From NCBI GenBank assembly GCA_951406725.2, contig OX597823.1, positions 71,734,001 to 71,798,000 on the forward strand: a stretch of 64,000 bases of DNA. The letters are read 5' to 3'. Below are positions 54,263 to 64,000 of this stretch, piece by piece. A program made the translations under genes and the position numbers. Origin of the DNA: Octopus vulgaris (lineage: Eukaryota). Numbering within the stretch: the first letter of the stretch is position 1; each line of letters begins with the position of its first letter. Below the pieces are notes generated by a model. It had not been told where the DNA came from. It saw nothing but the letters and a program-made list of their open reading frames with translations, and ran no database searches.

Positions 54263-54785
54263 TGCTAAACACACAAAATGAGTTTGTGACGAGGATTCAT
54301 TCATTCTGGATATCTTAGAAATAATCGTGAAAACAAAGGCAGCTTCTTGGTAAAAAACATGAGAATGACACTGCAGTCTCTTATAACAAATTAAAATAAA
54401 TGTAACAACAATGTTCTTTTGTGTATAGAAGGAATATTGAGGTATTGTGATTGGGATCAAAGGATTTTCTGGCTGTTAAATATTGCAGTTGTTTCTGAGA
54501 AGAACAAAGAAAATAACCACAAAGTCAATAACAGTAATTTTTAACAACAGCCACTTGAACAATTGGAAGAAAGCTGCAACAGTAACCGAATAACTACAAC
54601 AGCAGTAACAATTAGATATCCACAAGAGCAGGTTAAGAGACTTCTTCAAGAACCCTATAAATTTTCTAACAGAACTTCAAAATTTTCATCAGCCATATTT
54701 GTTACGATAGTAAAGTATCAGCTTCGAATGTACACGCACACACACACACACACACACATACTTACTTATACACACACACATACAA

Positions 54786-54860
<75 letters not shown>

Positions 54861-55519
54861 CACACATACACACACACATGCATATATGTGTAGGTGTGTG
54901 CGTTTTTGCACTCACACACCCACATGCTTATATATCATGTCATAGAGCAGCAATCGAAAAATCAGTTTCCATTTGAGCATCACCTTTCTCAGCTTAGAAT
55001 AAATTGTACACACTCTACTTAGTGTATGAAGTAATTCTTTTCCATTTGTAAAAAAAACAAAAAACAAAACAAGAAAGAAAGAAAAAAATCAGTCACACAC
55101 AAACACAAACACATTCACACATACGCACATACCCATACGCACACACACTGAGTTACATACATTTCTGTAACGAACATTTTACTTCCATTTTCGTATGTTG
55201 TGACCACATTTATCTTTTTAGCATAGTCCTTGTGTCAGAGTCAAATGCATTGGAAAAGGTTAATTTAGATGACTTGAGTGCATTCAATCCACATTTGAAT
55301 GCCACTCAGGTATTAAACTTATTACATGTGTCTCTTTCATCGTTCCGTCAGATTAACTCCCCTTATTTTAATGATATTTCCAGACTTCTAAAATATTGCC
55401 TTTGCTTTTGATGATTCCTCTTACGCTCAGTTGATCTCACACTCCATACCTCATTGGCTGTTTTTTTTTTGTACATTACATCCATTTTATATATACATAC
55501 ATACATACATCTGTGTATG

Positions 55520-55567
<48 letters not shown>

Positions 55568-55723
55568 ACAAAACCGGAAAGTCGATACTCTGTGATCTTT
55601 CTATGATGACCAGTGAAAGGAAACTGGACTATGAAACATATATTCTCTCTTTAAATAAGGATCTACATGAAGTTCTAAATACGGGTTGTGTCGTGCAATT
55701 TAAATTCAAAACTACCATTCAAT

Positions 55724-55798
<75 letters not shown>

Positions 55799-55845
55799 GC
55801 CTATTAATCAAAGTATACAATATCATGTTAGTATCATGGCTAACA

Positions 55846-55899
<54 letters not shown>

Positions 55900-57563
55900 T
55901 TATCACTGTTAATTATATACTTATCACGATTAATTAAAAAACCACAAATTTACAAGGAAATCATTCAGATTTGTGAACTTAGGCAAGAAAAACCTGCATA
56001 CATATACTTCTATGTATTTCTAGACCAGAAATATGAAGCTATGCTACATTTATATCTCGTCAGTGAAGGGTGGAAACATACACTTTCAACAAATTTGAAA
56101 TCAATTAATGCCTCGGTCTAATGATGCCTACTTAACGTATGTGTATGTGTAAGTGTGTATAAGTATGTATGTGTCTATGTTTGTAACAAGAGAGTGGGGA
56201 AAAAGACATTTCTATCAAACCGTAACAATTATTCAGCTTTATGTACATACATACTTATGCATTTATTCATGAACCTTTCTCCCATTTCCCCCCAATCTCT
56301 AAAGTAAGAGGTCATTGTACATAGGCTTACCATACATCCCGTTTAACCTTAAAATGTTCCGGAATGTCCCAGACATAGATCAAAAGCATAAATTCTAAGA
56401 AGGAAAATTGAAAAAAATATTGATATCGGCAAATGATTCTAAGCGTGCCGTGTACACCTCAGCTACAAACTAACGAGCATACCCATATTATCGCCCAGTC
56501 TAAGCCTAATGCTGCGTGTCTTTACTGGAAGTCCAACCGGTGTGTCGTAAAGTTCTCGCGTTACAAGTAGGTACTGCAGTTTTAAAATATTTAGCTTATC
56601 TCTGGTTTCCGGATTAAAAAGGACAACTTTATGGCTTTTCTACCGTCTTTCATGTAAACGATTAACGTATACCTAAGCATGGTCTAACTCTTTAGCCGTT
56701 TGGAGTTCAGAATTTTATTAGGTCGTAAATGTTTTTCGTACAAACGCCTATATTTATAATTTTGTCCGCGTTTGAGCCAAAGTAATTATAGTAAGTCAAC
56801 TGTAGTATGTATGTGCACAATGCATTCACATACAAACGCATGCATACCCACACGTATACACATATATAACATGACCCTCTTGGAATTCTTCGGAGACTAA
56901 CTTCACGACTTATGTATAAGTATGTACGTTTTTATGTATAGATATATCGAAGAACCTTAGCTTGATCTCGTTCACATTATTCCAGCTCGTTTCATTGGTT
57001 ACAATAATATCACCAATGAGGCTGCATAAATAGCATTTACGTGAAAAAGAGTGGTACCGAAACAATTTTAAGTAAAAATAAAGCTGTTCTAAATTCATTC
57101 TATGTGTTCTTGTATTACATAGATACATAGATACATAGATACATGCAAACATACATACGTATGTATATATAATATATATATACATACACACAGACACACA
57201 TACATATATAGATACATACATGCATACATATATCAGTATGCGAAAAAATAAAATAACCACGTTTTCTATGATAGTTTCCTGTAGATGTGAATTTTTATAT
57301 ATTCTGTAGGTGTTAGTTAATATTGGATAATTGTATATTTATTTGCAGAAAAATTAAAACGAATTTCAATAACAATCAATGGATCAACTACAATACCTGT
57401 TAACCTATTCAAATCTAAACTAATTATTTCTTTCTAAAGTGGTGTACCCACTTAGCATATAACATAAGGATATCTGCCATCATTAACATTAACTATAATT
57501 TCAGTTTTCTTCAACTAAGGAATTCAGTCGACTGTTGTATCAGACACGCCTGCTCGTTAACCT

Positions 57564-57747
57564 TCATGCAGTCACCTGGACTGTGTGCACATCTAGATGT
57601 TTCAGAGCTTTCTGCACGCAATCAACGTTTCCTTTGATGACTCTCATCACAGACTGCAACGACTGTTTGTCTTTCAACTCAACCAATGATTGCGTGAAAG
57701 CGTTGTAATGAAACTCGTAAGGACGTTTGATTTGTGCCACATATTTC
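57564..57747 (-). CDS. TH: TH-like terminal exon (tetramerisation region)
   Basis: caacag|G AAA TAT keeps the frame. IKRPYEFHYNAFTQ matches the AAAH RPFxVxYNPxT motif. TGA at 57566-57564. Confidence 0.88.
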
Positions 57748-58973
57748 CTGTTGAGAAAGAGAAAATATATTCATTAACTTTAATTACACTATAACAAAAT
57801 TATTATTTTTTTTTGTCTTTCGTCAGTAAGTGTTATTTACCCTTTGAATCTATCTAGAAAGCAAAAGAAATGACTATTGTTCTCTTCAAATTTTGTTTTT
57901 GTGATCTGGGCATCAATATTTTTAAACTGGCCTATTTTCCATTACATTTAAAACAGGCTCATCACTGATATTGCTGAAGTAAAAATATCGTTATAGCAAA
58001 TATTCTGCTCAATACCTATTTCTTTACTACCCACAAGGGGCTAAACACAGAGAGGACAAACAAGGACAGACAAACGGATTAAGTCGATTATATCGACCCC
58101 AGTGTGTAATTGGTACTTATTTAATCGACCCCGAAAGGATGAAAGGCAAAGTCGACCTCGGCGGAATTTGAACTCAGAACGTAGCGGCAGACGAAATACA
58201 GTTAAGCATTTCGCCCGGTGTACTAACGCTTCTGCCAGCTCGTCGCCTTAATATTCTGCTCAATACCACAGATTTACTTGTCAGTTGCTTGAGCTTAACC
58301 ACTTGAGCATGTCACTTAGTGACTGACAATATGGGTATCTCTGATCATGAGCAGGAGTAGTGGGGGAACATCATAGTCATGTGTTGAGAGAGATTCTTTG
58401 GATTTTGAATTAATGAAACAAAAGCAAAGTTTGAAGGAAATATTGGCCATTTTTCATACTTTCTAGGAGCAAGCAAATAAGAAATAACAGTTGCTTCCCA
58501 GGGACAAAAATCGTGTTGCACAATGTTATTACAGCAAATTAAGCTAATTTGGCCACATACTCTCTCGCATTCATTGTTTCACGTTCCCTTTTGTAGCTTA
58601 CATTTTTACCAAAAAATAATCAACATTTTATTCATCAGTTTTAACACATTTACGGCGGAGAACATTTTAGTAGTTTAAAGGCAATTATACAATCACACCA
58701 TGAGGAAAAATAAGCGACTCATATTATTTAGAGTTTTTCGGCAAATGCGAGTGATAACTCTGAGAATGTTCCAGTCTTACTACACCTCAGTGAAGCACAA
58801 ATTTCATCATACTTGCCAGAGTAGTAATGAGAGTATCATTAATTGTTCATTAATGCACATTTATAGAGCCGTTGGAATGTACACACACACAAACACACAC
58901 ATGCGTGCGCACGCACAGACACACACTCACACACACATATACATACAACATACATACATACATACATACATAT

Positions 58974-59032
<59 letters not shown>

Positions 59033-60343
59033 AACACACACACACTCACATATATACACATGTGTATGTGTCTTTGTATGTATGTGTGTATATACTTGTG
59101 CGTATATATGTGCTTGTATGCATATATACGCATGTATGTATGTATGTATGTATTGGGTCATCCCATAAATAATGCGGTTTTTTAATAGTTCCTATTAAGA
59201 TAAACAAAGTTTTTTTTAAAATCTAAAATATACTCTCCTTTATTTTCTACAATACCCTTCCATCTATTTACAAGATTTGTAAATAGATTTGCAAAGCCCC
59301 TCTTCCAAAATTCACTTGTTCGTGACGAAAAGTACTCCTCCAGTACTGTTCTGACCTCGTGTACGGAATTCATATTTTTGCCGTCCAAATGATTTTGAAG
59401 AGTTCGGAATAAACGATAATTAGATAGAGCAATGTCCAGTGAATGTGGTCCTCGCTGTATGTGGCCGAGCATTATCCTGATGGAAGTACACCTTTGCTTT
59501 TGAAACCAAAGATGGTCATCTTCCGATACGCATATGTCTATGAATAGTTGAAGGACCAAATCCAAGCTCTTCTGCTAGTTCCTCAACAACTACGATGGGA
59601 TTTTGTTCCCCCATGGTTTGCAGGACGTCCTCGTCGTACTCTACAGACGGGGCTTGTCTTCTAGGCTGTAGTTTCCGGCTCGGAATTTCTGGAACCACCG
59701 TTGACACTGGCTTACGCTTATTGTCCGATCCCCATATACTGCATTAATATTCCTCGCACTTTCCGTTGCGTTGTTGCCTTCATTGAACTCATAAAGCAAA
59801 ATATGCGGAATATGCTCCTTTGTTACTTCCATTATAGCTTTGAAAAAATAACTGTTAAAATCGATCTGCACTCTTCAAAACTTGTACTAAGAATAAGTAA
59901 AAGGTAAAATTACTACCTGCTTTTATAGCAAGTTGATGCAGGTAGTTTATCCCGTCCCGCCTCCGACTTTTATTTCAATGAATTGAAAAAAAAAACGCGA
60001 TATTTATGGCATGACCCAATTTGTATGTATGTGCGTGTATGTGTGTGAGCATGCAAATATGTGAGTATGTATTTGCAACGATAGGGATGTAACAAGAAAG
60101 ACAATGATAGTACCTCATTTTGTCCTTCATATCTTCGAAGGATTCTGCAACAAAGTAGATGGGTTGCAAATCGTTATCGTCATATTCCTGAAGAGATGCT
60201 GTTCCCGTTTCAAAAATTTTTTTCTCACAATTGTTAGATAAGGCATGTTCAAGTTCCCCATAAGACGACAGGGTTGCTGCTCCATAAGCTCTAATTCCAC
60301 ATGGCTCCTTCACCAGGCCAAATTCCACAGTGAACCAATAAAG
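57564..60343 (-). CDS. TH: Tyrosine hydroxylase-like aromatic amino acid hydroxylase, last two coding exons: join(complement 60114..60343, 57564..57747). Upstream exons lie beyond the window
   Basis: The spliced frame reads LYWFTVEFGLVKEPCGIRAYGAATLSSYGELEHAL...QEYDDNDLQPIYFVAESFEDMKDKMRKYVAQIKRPYEFHYNAFTQ...QVTA*. The Fe-ligand Glu motif WFTVEFGL is present. SSYGEL and an Asp at the rat TH D425-equivalent position favour TH over PAH or TPH. Confidence 0.85.
58017..58249 (-). mobile_element. SINE family A monomer with an 18-bp TSD, nested in another repeat in the last TH intron
   Basis: AATATTCTGCTCAATACC at 57999-58016 and 58250-58267. Confidence 0.9.
59153..60019 (-). mobile_element. Mariner relic with TIRs in the last TH intron
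   Basis: TTGGGTCATCCCATAAATA / TATTTATGGCATGACCCAA termini, HILLYEFNEGNNATESARNINAVYG...QRWFQKFRAG, and RWKGIVENKGEY. Confidence 0.88.
60114..60343 (-). CDS. TH: TH-like penultimate exon (230 nt, ends in phase 2)
   Basis: cttgtag|CTT TAT TGG acceptor, ATG AG|gtacta donor. Confidence 0.9.
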
Positions 60344-60864
60344 CTACAAGAGAAAGAGTAATCAATTTAGACTAGAGAATAAATCAAGCTAAAGAATTCC
60401 CCTTGTTAAATATAATAAGGAAATTACTCTTAAATCACACTAAATCATCTTTAAATTAGTGTTATGTTGGATAAGGTAGTCCTAGCTATATAAAAAAATA
60501 ATGTACAAATTATACCGTGCAGTCACGGCCGGAGTATCTTTGAATCATAATTACGTCCGTCCAGGGCTGACTTGGAATTAAATAACAACAGCATGTATAA
60601 GTTATGATTTCTTTGTTGCGAAAGCATAGAAGTTTCTCGGAAATGTTAGGGTGCTCCCCAAAATTTGTTCACTTTCTGTTCCACGACATTCACTTCATAT
60701 ATATATATATATATATATATATGGATGGATGTTTGAGAAGCAAACTTCTTACCACACACTGGCGTGACATTTTGGGCAAACCTTTTCTACCTACTATAGC
60801 TGCCTGCCTACCAAAGCCTATTGAGTGGATTTGGTAGACGGAAATTGAAAGACTCCTGTCGTAG

Positions 60865-60926
<62 letters not shown>

Positions 60927-61755
60927 ATCTTTGTCTTTGTGTTTATCCCCATCACCGCTTGACAATCGGTGTTGGTTTGTTTACGCTTCTGTAACTTAAC
61001 GGTTTGGCGAAAAGAGTCCGATAGAATTGGTACCAGACTTAATTTTAAAAAATGGTCCTGGTGTCGATTCATTCGGCTAAAAAATTCCTCAAAGCGGTGC
61101 CCCAGCATGTCTGCTGTTTGATGACTGAAACGATTAAAAGAAAAGATACACACACACACACGTTTGTGCGTGTGTGTGTGTGATTTCCACTTTTACATGC
61201 ATATCTCTTTTCAAATTCTGTCATTCTGTCACAGATTTGACTCATATAATTATTCGAAGAAATATATTGCAGGGAAAAATATTGATTCTTGAAATGTCAT
61301 GAACAGACGTTTGATACATATATTTTCCAGCAGTCCATAATCGTATCATAAATTTTGGTGTGGGTGTTATGCTAGCTTTAGAAAGTGTGGAGATATAAAT
61401 TATACGTATGAAAAATACAAATATCGCACCTTCAATACAGAAAGAAAATACGTAAATAAACGATATTTCAGATAATGAGAAGGCAAAATAATTTTCTTCT
61501 ATAAATCAATGCCGGAACGGGTGTTTGCATAATACGAAGGAAATGATATCGCTTATATATGATTCATGATTATTTGCTGTTTTAAAATTTATCTTTTTGT
61601 TTCAAAATTGCGTAATTTGTCCTAATGTTCGTATCAAAAGGATTTTGTAAATCTATTAATAGGAGCGTTGGCAAAGCTATATGGTTAAGAACTTCTCTTT
61701 GAAACCATGTGTTACATGTTAGATCCTAGAAGGATCACTTTAACAAGAATATTCT

Positions 61756-62172
61756 TATTTCTTTACTGCCCACAAAGGGGCTACACACAGAGGAGACAAA
61801 CAAGGACAGACAAAGGGATTAAGTCGATTACATCGACCCCAGTGCGTAACTGGTACTTATTTAATCGACCCCGAAAGGATGAAAGGTAAAGTCGACCTCG
61901 GTGGAATTTGAACACAGAACGTAACGACAGACGAAATACCTATTTCTTTACTACCCACAAGGGGCTAAACACAGAGAGGACAAACAAGGACAGACAAGCG
62001 AATTAAGTCGATTATATTGACCCCAATGCGTAACTGGTCCTTATTTAATCGATCCCGAAAGGATTAAAGGCAAAATCGACCTCGGCGGAATTTGAACTCA
62101 GAACGTAACGGCAGACGAAATACGGCTACGTATTTCGCCCGGGGTGCTAACGTTTCTGCCAGCTCGCCGCCT
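61756..62172 (-). mobile_element. SINE family A dimer with a 21-bp TSD
   Basis: TCACTTTAACAAGAATATTCT at 61735-61755 and 62173-62193. Confidence 0.9.
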
Positions 62173-62501
62173 TCACTTTAACAAGAATATTCTACATGTG
62201 ACTTGCACCACATGATTATGCCTGCATCAAGTTGACCAATAGCTTATGAGGGAAAAAGAAACCTCTCCCTCCACCCCCCAAGATATGCTATTTTTGTTAA
62301 TAATTTTTCCTTAGATTTGCATAACTGGAGATAGTAGATATGATAGGTAGTACAAAGAATATCTGATCAGTTAAACATATTAAAATTGAGTTGATGTGCC
62401 CAAGGTGTCTAAGTAAAATTGAATGTCGTTAGGTAAAGCGTAACATTCGTTTTCCTTGGTTAATTTGGATTACATATTGGAAATGGTAACTCAGCAAATG
62501 T

Positions 62502-62735
62502 GAAGGCGGCGAGCTGGCAGAATCGTTAGCATGCCGGGCCAAATGCGTAGCCGTATTTCGTCTGCCGTTACGTTCTGAGTTCAAATTCAGTCGAGATCGA
62601 CTTTGCCTTTCATCCTCTCGGGGTCGATTAAATAAGTACCAGTTACGCACTGGGTCGATATAATCGACTTAATCCGTTTGTCTGTCCTTGTTTGTCCTCC
62701 CTGTGTTTAGCCCCTTGTGGGTAGTAAAGAAATAA
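62502..62735 (+). mobile_element. SINE family A monomer with a 16-bp TSD
   Basis: GTAACTCAGCAAATGT at 62486-62501 and 62736-62751. Head GGCGGCGAGCTGGCAGAA...GTTCAAATTC. Confidence 0.9.
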
Positions 62736-64000
62736 GTAACTCAGCAAATGTTACATACCAGATTGGCTGACTGGTGATTGCAGAATGGTATATGATACAA
62801 TCGAAAGATAATACACGGGACCTAGAGACCGTGTATTGTTTTTAATGGTATCATATACTAAGGAAAGTTCTTGAGGAGAACTTCATTTAGAATAAGCACT
62901 TCTTCGGGATCAGAGATATTTTCATGTTCCATTTCATGTGGACTCTGGTATCAAGGAAATTACTTAGCTTGTATAAACTTGAATATTAACGAAGACAATC
63001 CTCCTTACTCAACTGGATGTGTAAGTGCCATCATGAGAGTAATACGATTAGGAATGTTTACACGGTTTCATTTAGGCATAGATTCACTTTTGCTCAAGCT
63101 TTGTTTTAAATTTTGCTAATTCATATAGATTTAATATTCCCTCATTTCGACGTTTTCCTTCTGGAATTTTATTATTTTTTATTTTCATTTTAGTTTTATT
63201 TCACTTCTAAGATAGCGAGGTATGCCGCACTAAGTTGCGCTTAATGCATATATATATTTTTCTATATTTGTTAAAATATTTTCCGAATCAATTAATAACA
63301 TTTCAGATGTCCGACCAAAATCGAAGAATATTCGATTTTTTCAGGAAATAAAAACTTAAATATTAAATCAATTTCAAATTTGATAGGGATCAACAGAATC
63401 CGCCAAACAGTTTTGTATAAGTGAGGCAAATGGTAAAACACTGAAAATAAGCAAGGAAAAAATATCAAAGCCAGTCGAGGAACAGATCACGCATGCGTAG
63501 TATGTAAAATTACTGCATACGTAGTAATATAAGCAATGAACACGCTCTATTATTTTCGATAAAAGATAAAATTTAAAAAGGATTGCTTATAGACATTTTT
63601 GCTATACGATTAGAAGTAAAAAAAATTTTATCCAATCAACATGACGAACCAGGCATTTAAACAACTACAACATGCATTTTAGCTTTCTGCAGACTATCAA
63701 ATTGCACGGCAAAAACTGATCAATCGATAAGAAAACTGCACAAAATATTGTGTTCAAATTTAATGTTTCCCCGTGTCCCAATTACTTACATTTCTAATCT
63801 GTGCCTGTTTGTGTGTGTGGGGTTCCATACGCGCGAGAGTGTGTGCGTGTGCGTGCGTGCGTGCATGTGTCTGTGTGTGTTTTACGATGTTTTTTCTATT
63901 CTTTGAAACCAATGTTTAATACTAATGAAACAAATTTGTTCATGAAAGAAGTCAAAGAGAACTTTTATGTCAAAAACAGAAAATTAGTTGCAGAGTCAAA

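Noticed and set aside
62871-63119. Possible further TH exon
   Set aside because: No AAAH motif (e.g. GLASLGA) recognised on the minus strand between 60344 and 64000.

Overview
AT-rich, microsatellite- and retroposon-dense eukaryotic DNA. The repeat families and the TA/CA/AAT microsatellite landscape suggest an octopus or other coleoid genome (inference). There are two convergent intron-containing genes. The last 9 coding exons of an axonemal outer-arm dynein heavy chain (DNAH5/DNAH8 family) lie on + at 1056-18966. The last 2 coding exons of a divergent tyrosine-hydroxylase-like aromatic amino acid hydroxylase lie on - at 60343-57564. Introns and the ~38 kb intergenic gap hold several tRNA-derived SINE families, LINE remnants (RTE, CR1-like, Tx1/L1-like, R4/Dong-like), a Penelope remnant, three mariner relics, a Tigger relic, a hAT MITE and three Helitron-like copies. 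The most notable non-coding signal is a set of type I hammerhead ribozyme motifs. One is apparently intact (37042-37098, -), one is a clean minimal variant (40083-40123, +), and several are decayed. Also notable are head-less SINE multimers inserted under a single TSD, two SINE-LINE 3' tail partnerships visible within the window, and several inverted repeat pairs in introns. Most ORFs in the supplied track are microsatellite or repeat artefacts.
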